From assembly GCF_006345805.1 (NCBI RefSeq), contig NC_042999.1, positions 66,216,001-66,280,000 on the forward strand: DNA of 64,000 bases. The letters run 5' to 3'. This document shows, in pieces, positions 39,565-52,148 of this stretch (its first letter is position 1; each line of letters starts with the position of its first letter). Under the pieces are notes generated by a model. The model was not told the origin of the DNA. It saw only the letters and a program-made list of their open reading frames with translations, and did no database searches. Source of the DNA: Octopus sinensis. Taxonomy: Eukaryota. The translations under genes and the position numbers were made by a program.

Positions 39565-42429
39565 TCATTTAAAATATTTTAAAGTCTTCAATTTAGCGTG
39601 GACACAAACTTGACCTAGTTCGATATGGTTATTCAATAAGTTTCTATGTTTTCTATGCTTTAGAATTTCATACGTCTCCATGGAGCATAGTTGGCAACCA
39701 ACCCTACTATTTTTATACGGAATTGCTCTCCTAACTATTTCCCAATTAAGGTTATAATTATTATTATTATTTTGAGTTCCCAGATTTTGTTTGAAAGTGT
39801 GGTGGTACCAGCTTTATGACGTAATTTAAAAGACGAGATGTGATTTCTAACTCTGGCTAGAAAATTAATTGTACATCCAATGTAAAAATATTTGTTATTC
39901 TCCGTGGATATGGTACATTTATAGATTACATTATTTTCCCCGCATAGACCAGGTGCCGGGCATTTTGATTTTATTCTACACTTACACACAGGAGGAACAA
40001 CTTCAGGTTTTGGATTATTCTTGGGTAGATGTCTTAGGTTCCTATTATTTTGATTATCATGAGTATAATTGTCCTTATTGTTATTAATATTTCTATAGTT
40101 GGTGCTGATATCTAAAGTATTGCTATTATTTATTGATCCTTCTGTTTCATCATTTAGGTCTAAAGTCCTACCATGATTTCTTATATTATTGGTAATGTTA
40201 CTATTATTGTTAGTCTTTTTATCCGACTGCATATTGTTGTTATAGATATCACTGATATTTTCATTCTCCTTATTTTCTCCATTAGCCTTATTTCTATTAT
40301 TTCTATTATTAACATTATTACTTCTATTAATATCGGCATTGTTATTATTACTATTAATGTTAATGTTATTAGTCATTCTGTGGTTACTAATTTCACCTAT
40401 GTTTTGATAGTTACTATTGCTGTTTTTATTGTGGTAGTATTATTATAATTGCTATTGGTATTCATGCTGATATTATTATTTTTATTTCTATCTTTCCTGG
40501 CTAGTTTAATGTTGTTATTATTAATCTTAGCTATTAAAGTGGACATATTTGGGAGGGTTGAATAAGAAATCCTAACTGTTTTCCTAGAAATAATTCTATG
40601 ATATCTATGAGAGATAGGGAAATTTTTTTCCAGAATTACTTTGAATTTGTTCTGTATATCCGATTGTATCGCACAGTTGAAAGGAATATTCAGCCATAAT
40701 ATATCTTTTTTATTAAATTTAGGGTTCGTAGAATTATTACTATTCATCTCACCGGAGTTATTGTATTTATTACCATTATTTTTATTTTTATTTGTGTGCA
40801 TCTTAGGTTTATCTACTTCGATATACGAGTTACCTATGTTCTGGTCATGCTCTCTATTTGAATTGTTGGGCCTGTACGTTAGATTAGCGTTTACCGTTAA
40901 TTTAATTCTACTTTTATTTCGGGCTTGGTCTGTATTGCTGCTTACGTGATTACTGATAACTTCTTTATTAGGAATACGTGAGTTCTCCTTATCAACGAAT
41001 GTAATCTTTTGGTTGTATCCAGCCTTAGTTAACGCCGCATTATAATGCTCAGAATGGGAGTTAAATATATCCTTATTGGATGATAATTTTGAAATTCTTA
41101 ATGAAATATTTCTTACTAAAGATTCAATTATATTTGGGGGATGATTTGATAATTTATTTACGTAATTCGTGATTTCGCCTTCCTTTCTAAATGGGTAATG
41201 CAGCTTGGAGTTAAGGTCTAGCGTAATATCTAGGAAGTTAACTATTTTAGTGCCCGGTTCATACGTTATACTGAGGTTGAAATCCTTAAAGAACTTATTA
41301 ATTTTCTTTCTAATCCTTTCTATAACAGATATTATTACTAGGGATAACAAACAGAGCATCATCCCTATATAGCCCCCCCTGTATTTCTGGGATATCCTTG
41401 CTTATGCATTTTAATAGATATGCGCCTACTAGGTTGGTTACCTCAGCCGAATCACTGGAACCCATTGGTATATCAAAATAATTAGGTGTATCTGCTCTAG
41501 TCCATAATTTATCTTCAATTCTATAAATGTCTTCCTAGCTAGTAGCACAATATTGATTTCTTCTCTAGATATGAGGGAGCGATTCATGGCAAATATTAGT
41601 GATTTGTTGAGTAAGATAGGGGAAATACTAGAGTAATAACTATTAATATCGAACTGAATAAAGGACAGACTACTAGTATTAGTTAGAGAGTTAAACCATT
41701 TTAGAACTTCGTCCGTACTTAGCCATAGGTTTAAGGGGAGAAGAGGGGTTATTTGGGGTAGAACAGTATCCAGGATAGATTTACTAAGTCGGCCAATGTC
41801 CGACTTAGTTGGACAGATCAGCCTTACCGAAGGGTTTTCCAAGAAATTCTTTTTGTGGTCTTTAAGGTTGATCCTGGGCTCACACGGTTTAAGTGGCTCT
41901 GTTCTATCCGTTAAATTTAGTTTCTCCATGATCTCTTTCATTTCCAGGTTTACTTTTTTCAAATTGTTCTTAGTCGTAATTTTATATTTGGAGTTTAGTT
42001 CCTTCCTAATTAATTTGCTATAAATATCGTAATCAACTCTATACATATTACCCGTTTTATCTGCTGGTACTAGGATTCCATGTTTGCACCGGGTTGACTG
42101 AATAAAGTTCCTAAGGTGTCTAAGGTGAGGGTTATATCTTAACGGGTGTTCCTTGAAGCTAATATCATCTATAAGATTCAGCAAGTCTTTCTCAAAGTTC
42201 TCCAGGAATGGGTTCTGAGGTGGACTTTTCTACTTTTAAAAATTCTTCTAAAATTCTTTTCGGTATTCTTTTCCTGTGGTTTCTTCTTCTGTTTGACATC
42301 AAAATGGTACGTTTTCCACCTGATTCTTCTAATGAAATCGTTAATCCTATGAATGAGAAGCCAATTATATTCATCTATACTATGTAAGGGGATGTCTTTA
42401 GGGGAGAACTCAATGTTTACTTTTTCCAT
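39565..42429 (-). CDS. PLE RT-GIY-YIG polyprotein, about 955 aa after correcting five frameshifts
   Basis: MEKVNIEFSPKDIP..FIRRIRWK, PADKTGNMY, CPTKSDIGRLSK, FIQFDINSYYSSI, PMGSSDSAEV, GGLYRDD, VNFLDITLDL, SNHPP, WLNIPFN, CKCR..CP..GLC..VIYK, YIGCT..RVRNH, CQLC..LLN..CVH..FK*. No in-frame stops in my reconstruction. Confidence 0.88.
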
Positions 42430-42663
42430 TCTTGTTGAGAAATTAAGTACCAGAAAAACATACAGACTGTATGGGAATATATTAAAAAAGCAATAAAGAT
42501 TCAAGTTAATTTAAATGAATTTACTTGAATATGGTACCTAACTTAGATGCACCAAAAAAAAAACTATACTGTTATAACAATACAGTAATGTGGGGTGATT
42601 ATAAGCGAGAAAGAAGCACGACGTTTACACACACAATCACGCACACACAAAAATATATATTTG

Positions 42664-42753
<90 letters not shown>

Positions 42754-42782
42754 CGAGAAAGAAGCAACAAGAATGGATAGGT

Positions 42783-42873
42783 TTTTAGTACAATCGTTTC
42801 ATACAAGGACAGGCTTTATTAAAAGTTGCAAAAATTACAGCATATAAACGTGTCCCGTACTCATCAGCTAAAA
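42783..42873 (-). ncRNA. Type I hammerhead ribozyme in the 5' pLTR
   Basis: Same motif as 38024-38114. Predicted cleavage lies between 42789 and 42788. Confidence 0.88.
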
Positions 42874-43290
42874 TACATGTGAGTTCTCTAGACATCCTAG
42901 TGGTTGAGGCTATACTCATGAAGTAATGTAGATAATTAAGTAACATAAACAGATTTCCAAAGTTCATTAAAGTTCTTTAAAGATGATGTACGTTTATATG
43001 CTGTAATTTTTGCAACTTTTAATAAAGCCTGTCCTTGTATGAAACGATTGTACTAAAAACCTATCCATTCTTGTTGCTTCTTTCTCGCTTATAATCACCC
43101 CACATTACTGTATTGTTAAAACAGTATAGTTTCTTTTGGTGCATCTTGTACCATATTCAAGTAAATTCATATAAATAACTTGAATCTTTATTGCTTTTTG
43201 TATATATATATATATATATATATATGCGTCTGTATGTATTTGTATGTGTTTGAAGTTAGTTAAGGGAGAAGAAAGTATTCAACATATTAC

Positions 43291-43712
43291 AGGCGCAAGC
43301 GTGACTTCGTAGTAAGAAGTTTACTTCCGAATCACATTATTTCGGGTTCAGTCCCTCTGCGTGGTCCATTGAGAAAATTTCTTCTACTATAGTCTCGTGT
43401 GAACTAAAGCCTTCTGAGTATATATGGCAGACAAAAACAGAAAGAAATCCGTCGTATATATACGCATGTATATATTTATGTGCGAGTATGTTTTTGTGCT
43501 TCCGTGCCCCCACCACCACCACCACCACTTGACAACCGTTGCTGGTGTGCTTACGCTTCTCGAACTTAGTAGTATGGCGGAAACAATTATTAAATATGTA
43601 GTATAGATTTAAGAAAAAAAACTTATAAGGGTCGATTCGTCCGAATAAATAATTCTTCAAGGCTTTGCCCCGGAATGGCAGCAGTTTTATGATTGAAACA
43701 AGAGATAAAAAG
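43291..43712 (+). mobile_element. tRNA-derived SINE family C with an internal microsatellite (diverged)
   Basis: Head aggcgcaagcgtgac...gggttcagtccc; colinear with 48012-48404 and 51085-51195. Confidence 0.7.
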
Positions 43713-43742
43713 TAATTAATTGTGTATCTTCACTTACTCGAA

Positions 43743-43988
43743 TGTGAATCCGCTATATTTACCCTAAATACCACACCGTGGGAGACCGGCCTCAGCTTCG
43801 AGTATACACATACATATATGAACATGAGATTTGCATATATACATATATGTATGCGTATATACCCACACACACACGCACACACAACACACACACACACACA
43901 CATATATATATACATATATATGTGTATATTCGAAGCTGAAGCCTGTCTCCTACGCTGTGGAATTTAGAGTAAATACAGCGGAGTCACA
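43743..43988. repeat. Small foldback: inverted arms of about 67 bp around a TA/CA microsatellite core
   Basis: 43743-43810 is the approximate reverse complement of 43921-43988. Confidence 0.8.
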
Positions 43989-43990
43989 CA

Positions 43991-44127
<137 letters not shown>

Positions 44128-44336
44128 TATATATATATATATATATATGTTCAAGGTTGAAAAGTAGCATACAAGTTGATATCTATAAGGAAAATACGAC
44201 ACGGTAGGAAATATTGAAATAATTTTATGATGAAGGACATTTTGGTACCGGTTCAGGTCTTTGCGACTTTTCTACTTCGGGAGTAAAGCATGAAAAAAAT
44301 TTTTTAATTTAAAAAAATTTTTGTATATATATATAT

Positions 44337-44367
<31 letters not shown>

Positions 44368-44392
44368 GATATATATATATATATATATATAT

Positions 44393-44425
<33 letters not shown>

Positions 44426-46780
44426 AAATAAGAAAATGGAGAAATACGTCCAATCAAATATAAATTACCAGGAGGGTTGCATTTACAACCCCTATCCTAT
44501 TTTGTATATATATATGGTAGTTTTCAAATAGGTGGGGCATTTGCCTTTCTTCTGTCTCTCTCTCTTTTACTTTTCTGAAGCTCGGTAGATAAGTAGCAGC
44601 ATATATCTATGTATGTGTATGTGTGTGCGTGCCTGTGTGTGTGTGTGTGTACATGCGAGAGACTTTCACTGAAAAGCTGATCTTGATTTTATTTGATCTT
44701 TGGGAAAGCAGGTTTCACTTCGTACTGGTTACACTTCTATTTTGTAATAGGTTCTTCAAGATAAAATTGGTAGATTTTTTTTCTTCATCTTAAATTAAAT
44801 TCTTACAAGTTATCTACTCTCTTAACATGGAGTAGTTTGGCAAAAGTTGTTACAATTTCAAAAGGTTATGCCGATAGCCCTTTTAACAGGATTCAATATT
44901 CTGTGCTTATTTTTGTCTTTTCTCGTGATTTGTAGAATTGCTCAGATCTGGGGTAGTCTTGATACAGCAGATGTTCGTGCGAATGCATTTCACGCTTAGC
45001 CTGTTAATTACACCTTTGTGTACGGGTATAATATACACCGTACTATATTTACTAATTAATTTTTTCCCTTTTTATACAATGCGAAGAACACTTGAGAAAA
45101 TAATTAATTGATTTAATTAAATCTTTTGATTTAATGTGATTGCATATGCCCCAAAAATGAAGCTGCTTCCGCACAAACGGAACTTAATCTATGCACAAAA
45201 GGAAGTGCTCACACAACCTTTGCAGGAAAGGTTTTGCCTTAAAGAATGACTACAAAGAATTACAAAGAATCACCGGCTAGGAAACCGAGTGAGCATGCAA
45301 ACACTCTTTTATTCGCTAACCCTTTTGTCAGTTTTGAGGTCCAATGAAAATTATAGCTATGGTTGATACCAAAGTTAGTTTTAACCGAACATAAGTTAGC
45401 TTGCGCCGTGCGTGGTATCATATGTATTTCCTAGGTCGAAGAAAAAAATAAATATTCGTCCATCTGTTTACAACACGTGATCCTGTCTATATGGCACTTG
45501 TTAAGACATGGACTTATGTCTCTTTGATGATATAGTTGTCTACAACTTCATCTGGAAACATAATGTTTAAGTTGTTATTGTGTTTCTTCTCCCTCGGGCG
45601 CCAAATAGATTAGTAATAACTTAGAATTCATTTGGCCCCTTTATATGAAAAATTATTTACTGGACGCCTGTTTTGAGATCTAGTTTCTACATCTTATTAT
45701 CTAGCATTGATTCATTACAATAGATTTAACAGAGGATATCTTGAATAGAGGTTAATTTACGTTCTATACGGGCTGATATCTTGTTTCTAGTTAGAAGAAT
45801 TTTTAAAAAATATATATTTGTTCTTTGACAGTTCTTCATGATCCAGTCTATGTTATGGTTGGGAGGAGCCGGCTTGTTTTCTAATTGAGGATAGGATATT
45901 TTAGTTTCAAGATTAATCAATGAATATAATAATTCTTCTGCTGTGTTCTTTCATTCATCTCTGAAATATATAAGCATAGTTCCTTTGAATTTTTATGTAA
46001 AACAAGTCTCGCTTTGAGACGTATTTTCCCGTTGTCAGTATTTAGGAATGGTGCATTGACTCATTACACTAGTTGATTTAGTGCACATACCATTGAGTGC
46101 ATACCAGTTAGTTCAGTCGCATTTGAATCTGGTAAATAAGTTCATTGCGTCTTTTTTGTGTTACATTACTTTTATATATCTAAACTATCAGAATGGTGAT
46201 GATGTTTACTGAGTAGCATTTATGCTTTTCGGTTGAATAGCTTACAGTATTTGTGAACCGTAAAGTAACGGCATTATGCTTTTGTATCACTGTCCGAATA
46301 ATCCTTGCTGTATTATATACTCCATTCATGACAAATGTTGGAAAACAACAACAATATATTCCCTAGGTTTGTTATGTGAGTTTTGTTCTCAGATGTATTT
46401 CAAATTTTCTCTAATTACGATTTTCGTAATGCATCAATATAACCAAATGTATCGCTATTAAATATTAAATGCTGGTGACATTGTGAATATTCTCTTCTGA
46501 TAGCACTGTTGATTAGTTGCTTTGTAATCTTAGTGTTTAGTCAGAAATTTATTAGACTGGATAGCTTGCATACGTTTCTATATATAATACGAGTAATTCC
46601 CAACGTTAAGTTCAAACGCCTTAACAAAAGCGCAGATGGGTCTGGCGATCAGGACTGATCGATTAATATAATTATCTTTATTATAGAAATTTTTCTGAAA
46701 TAATCACAAGTATGCGTATACATATTTATATATATATACACAAATACATGCACACACACAAAACATATGTATAGATAGAT

Positions 46781-46841
<61 letters not shown>

Positions 46842-46906
46842 TGTATGTATGTATGTATGTATGTGTGTATGTATCTACACACATATATGTGTGTGTGTGT
46901 ATGTAT

Positions 46907-47138
46907 GTGGAGGCGCAATGGCCCAGTGGTTAGGGCAGCAGACTCGCGGTCATAGGATCGCGGTTTCGATTCCCAGACAGGGCGTTGTCAGTGTTTATTG
47001 CGCAAAAACAACTAAAACTCCACGAAGTTGCGGCAGGGGGTGGTGGCATCATTCGAAGGCTGAAGCAATGCGAAGCACATTGAGACCAGCGATGTGTAGC
47101 AACATCTGATAGCCTGGTCGGTCACGTGATCACGTGAC
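46907..47138 (+). mobile_element. SINE family B head with a third type of 3' tail
   Basis: The head matches 8534 up to about 47045. The tail ends in the palindrome gtcacgtgatcacgtgac (47121-47138). Confidence 0.8.
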
Positions 47139-47399
47139 ATATACGAATACACATACATACACACGCACACACACACACACATATATATATCAAGAGAATT
47201 AGCTGTAATCAAGCAGGCTATTGTTCAGTGTCAACGTTCTTTTATATGTCAATATTTGCAAGGCTTTGTTGGGAAAAAGGACCTTATTAAAAGTGGAAGT
47301 TGACTAAATGCTTAGGGCGATGTTAGATAGCCGTTATATACAGTTATTTACAGTTAAAAATGCTGGCAATAATTTTGCCAAACTTCGAGGAGAGAGAAT

Positions 47400-47740
47400 G
47401 TTGTTCACCCAAACGAAAATGTGGAGATTACAGTAGCTGCAATATTTGAAACTTACAATGGAAAAGCCGAAGTCTGTGCCCTAATAAGTGAGGTGTATTT
47501 TTCTACGTACTTTTGCGAAACAGTTCATTGAGCTTGTTTGATATTGCGACTGTTATTGAATTTCTCTTCTAAATCTAATGAAGAAACAATATACATAAAC
47601 AAAGGCTACTTTCACTTATCTAAAATTATAAAGCGCATTATAGATAGTATCAGTAGTCATATATCTAATGTGTCATCAGATATGGGCATATTGAATACAG
47701 CCTGTACTACAAAACGCCTAATCAATTCATGATTTGAATT
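47400..47740 (+). mobile_element. Decayed Naiad-type PLE RT fragment
   Basis: YINKGYFHLSKIIKRIIDSISSHISNVSSD aligns by eye with YVNKLSNHPPNIIESLVRNISLRISKLSSN of the 40-42 kb ORF. Confidence 0.6.
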
Positions 47741-48011
47741 ACATACATATGTAATTCATGCCACAGTTCGCCCTGAAGATAATTAGACCAGGCAATAAAA
47801 AAATAAGATATATGTATAAACACTCCACACAACGCAAAAAGATTAGAAATAAAGCAAAACATTTCTAACATCCGTATGCGAACCGTTTCCAACTTTGCAT
47901 ATACACCACGAAATAATACAGATTTTCATAAAATTTGTTATAATTTCTTTTGGCAAAATGCGAACGCAAAGCACCTAGATACACACACTCAATCCAAAAT
48001 TATACAAGTAT

Positions 48012-48404
48012 AGGCGTAGACGTGACTATTTGGTAATATATTTGCTTTCCAACCACTTATTTCCTGGGTCGATCCCCTTGCGTGACACTTTGGGATAATG
48101 TTGCCTACTCCGGCCCCGGGGCGCCCAAAACCTTGTCAGTGAATTTGTGAAATGGGAATTGAAACAATCCTGTTGTGATTATGTATATTTCTAGGTGTGT
48201 GTGTGGTTGTATTTGTTTTTGTCCCAACCACTGTCCCCGCTTGACAACTGGTGTTGGTTCTTTCACAAACCTGTTGTCTGGCGGTTAAGCAAAAAAGCCC
48301 GATAGAGTTAGGTATCAGGCTTTGAAATAAAACAAGTACTGGCACTGTTTCGTTCGCATAACATCTTCAAGGCAGCTGTCCAGTCACTGAAGCAAGTAAA
48401 AGAT
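48012..48404 (+). mobile_element. SINE family C (diverged)
   Basis: Colinear with 43291-43712. Confidence 0.65.
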
Positions 48405-48714
48405 ATTCCCCTTCAATGTGAAAGGTGAAATAGAACAGATCGTGGCCTGAAACGAAATGCTTGCTAGTATATAGGGCACATTTAAAACTAGTTGTCCGCA
48501 CGGGAAAGGGTGTAAATTAGGTTAAATGAGAACACTTTTAAAGTACGATATGTACAGCATGCCCAGCCATTCGTTTGCTGCTGCATACAAAGTTATATGC
48601 TCCGCTGAAAGTTTTTCACGTGCATGCGTTAGTATTTCGAAGTTCATAGCTATTTTATTCTGCTTTCAAGTAGGCCAAGGACAATAATCATACCCTTTAT
48701 GCCGATATGGAGTT

Positions 48715-48825
48715 TGTTTTCACCCTTCCGAGGTCGATAAAATATGTACCAGTTTAGCACGGGGTCCGATGTAATTGACTAGCATGTCCTCCGAAATTTC
48801 AAGCTTTGTGTTCATAGTAGAAAGA
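48715..48825 (+). mobile_element. SINE family A 3' fragment
   Basis: gaggtcgataaaatatgtaccagt...gatgtaattgact. Confidence 0.65.
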
Positions 48826-51084
48826 AGAAAAAATGTTTAACTAAGATATTTTCAGTAATGATCATAAACGATTAGTGCTTATATGCTCTTCTGGTCTCAA
48901 GTATTTTTATCGTACTGCCAGTAATTGGCTGTTTCATTACGTGAGAAACTGAGACAGTTATTATATTATAATTATTCAGGTCCATTAGTTGATACTCTTG
49001 CTTTTTTTTTTCTTTGCACACATTACGAGACTAGTTCCTACTATTTGTTGGAGATTTGGCGACTCTGTTATTACATATTATCCTTGAACAACGATACGCA
49101 TATTTTCATGCTCTTAGTTAATTGTCGTTTATTATATTTTATCTTTCAGAGTGCTTTTTTATTACTGAATTTTTCCTTTGATATCTAGGTTTATTTGTGT
49201 AGCTCTATTAAGCTCTGATGTCTCACACTGAGTTTGAACGAATGATTATTCAAACAAGTATAGACGATCATTTTTTTATACAACGGTTACCATTCAACGT
49301 TATGCTATAATCTTCGTCGTGTAATCGATGTACGTGTGTGTGTATGTATTTTAAAATGAAGAAAGAATAAACAAGAGTGGATATATTTTTTGCGTAGTTA
49401 AAGCTTCCGGAAACGTCACTTTCAGCTTCATATTGCTTATTATTCAAACAGTCGACGAAGATATAGAATGATGTTATATAAGGAAATGTATCCATATGCA
49501 GCACGAAATATCATTAGTAATCGAGATTTCGTAGTTTACCTCAAATACCGTCAGACAATGAATTATATAGTAACCTATTCATTTGTCATATACGACATAT
49601 TTGACATATCCATCTATTCATATGAAGAAAGTAAAATAGAATATACGGTATACATTTTTTAGTATCGATCGGTAAAATACACTAAAGCAAGGAAGTTAGC
49701 AATAGTTGAATACAGTTGTAGTGATGATGGATAACTATAATTCGTTTCCAGAATTTCACCATATTTTAGAGGACAGAAAATCAATTAAGTGCGAAAAGAA
49801 TGCTTAGCCAGTTAGTATTTTGAAATTTGCTCAATGAATATTGAGTGCAATGTCTACAACGACCATTAGTTTCAATCTTTTATTCAAATTACAAGACTCT
49901 ACCACGCTATTATATATATTCGAGAATACAAACTTTGACCACCTTTTGGGAACGATTAATGTAGAGGTAGCCGTGTTCTTGTTCAGTTAAGCAGCAATTG
50001 ATATGAAATTGCTAATATAAGCCTTTATATATCAGATATATTAAGAGAGCAAGGTGACAAATTGTTTGAATGTATGGCTATATTACAAGGATATATTTTA
50101 CAGGGATATACATTTACATTTTAAGAAACTTATTATCAGTTTGAAGCATATATTTCGGATTTGGAATTCTCTTACGTCTTTGAGTAATATTTCATAAACA
50201 CAGACATATGATATTGAAAACTGCTCGAATCGTATACAACTTTCTAATGTTGTCGACAATTCAAGTAAACTTGCTTTATAAGTAATCACGCTATAAGTTT
50301 GGTAGTAAATTAAATATCTACCAGATAAACAATACAAAACACAATACGGTTGGTTAGGGCAATATAAGTACATGAGACATACATCAGTTTAAAGGTCATA
50401 CAAATATTAAAAGCACGATGGTGACATTCTTTACAACCTCAGAACTAGATTAAAACATCCAGTAACATGGGGAAAATGTGATTTAGGGGAATATAATACA
50501 TAATATCATTTGTAATGTACAAGTAAAAATTTCTCCTCCGTTATGGCATAACGTACAGTTATCAAATGTCTCAATATCATAAATAAGAAGCATCTTTGCA
50601 AAATTACGCGTATGGAACACTAGAATTATCGGTGTCTCTAAAGAAGTCTCTTTTACAAGAAGCTTTTTGAATTCGGTGGAGACATGCTATAAGTAGTGAC
50701 TGACTTGTTAATTCTGTTATACATTATTCAACATCAGGAAAATTACCTTAGTGTTGATTCTAATGGCAAGCATTTTTATCATATATGTTTGACATGGGAA
50801 TAGTACGATAAAGGAGAGATTATTGGATTGTTTTCTCTCGTTTCAGTGATTGTTGAAAAGTAGTACATGCATCAACGATCTAAAACCACTGTCCCAACAG
50901 GAATCTTATGTCACCATTGTTCCAGCGTAATCTACCGCATCTGTAAACTCTGATACCAACTATTACTTTCTCAGTTTGTTTGGAATTTCAGTACTTCGTG
51001 GGTTCTAATATGCTACGTTTCTAGTCAACAAAAACTATTCCCCGATGCTTCTGGGGGTTGATAATAGTGATTTATATTCCTTGA

Positions 51085-51195
51085 TTCCTTTCCTTGTTTC
51101 AGTCATTTGACTGCGGCCATGGCTAGTACTTATTCTATCGGTCTCTTTTGCCGAACCGCTAAGTTATGGGGACGTACACACACCAGCATCAGTTG
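51085..51195 (-). mobile_element. SINE family C 3' fragment
   Basis: Reverse complement has tgctggtgtg..cgtcccc..aacttagcggttcggcaaaagagaccgatagaataagtac and ends gactgaaacaag. Confidence 0.7.
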
Positions 51196-51714
51196 CAATA
51201 TTTTATATTACATACTCTAACTATTATATTCAGTATATTTAATATATTTAATGAATTTAATTTGTTTATCCGCATAACTGACTCAATATCCGATCAAATT
51301 GATCCATCTTATAGCTTGTGGATTGATCCCCTGTAAAGACATGGGACTTTAAGATTCAATATTTTGAGCACGACTAAGAATCTTCTATACTGAGATGGTT
51401 TAGATCTCATCTCGTGACTATATATATATATATATAATATATTATAATAATATATATATATATATATAATATAATATATATATATATATATAAATATATA
51501 TATTCGATATATATGAAATACGTGAAGCAATTTATTAGCATGTATTTATGTATTTATTCACATGCATAGTTACACTACTTTTCTATGTATACGTACATAT
51601 CGAATGCTTAACACTAATCGTATAAACATTCGATACATTTTCATCCTTCACAAAGATTTGGGAGCTCACACACATACACACAAACACGCACCACGCCCAC
51701 ACTGATATATATAT

Positions 51715-51801
<87 letters not shown>

Positions 51802-52083
51802 TATATATATATATATATTTGTAAAGCTACAGATCTGCCGGCTCGTTCCTTGAATTTTTCTACAATATTCCATAAAACCGAAAGCTGGTGCACTACACAT
51901 GTTATTATCATCTGAGCGCTGGCAGAGTCCGCGATGCCAGATATGAGAATAGTTGAAACGTGATAGGAGTTTTGATTAAGAAAAGAGTTTGATTTTTCTC
52001 ATAAACGCAAAATCATTTATATTGCCATCAACTTCTGGAAAAACACTTTTTTTCTTTCAATTTCTTAGTGATTATAATTATCG

Positions 52084-52148
<65 letters not shown>

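Larger units (their letters stand above)
37885..43200 (-). mobile_element. Naiad/Chlamys-type Penelope-like element with direct pseudo-LTRs and an inverted 5' arm
   Basis: Direct repeats at 37885-38231 and 42617-42991, inverted partial copy at 42991-43200, RT/GIY-YIG ORF between them, (TA)n at both ends. Confidence 0.9.

Noticed and set aside
39565-42429. Selenocysteine recoding, reported for some Naiad elements
   Set aside because: No in-frame TGA in my reconstructed ORF; the Cys positions use TGY codons.
42617-42753. Spliceosomal intron in the pLTR
   Set aside because: No GT-AG or GC-AG boundaries in any register of the 13-bp direct repeat on either strand.
44235-44285. Minus-strand GAACCGGTA with GTC/GAC stem, hammerhead-like
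   Set aside because: The core reads CCGAAGT and GAAA is short by one A; not callable.
45600-46200. Possible decayed L1/Tx1-like ORF2 (also 14600-15200)
   Set aside because: No diagnostic RT or endonuclease motif could be read.
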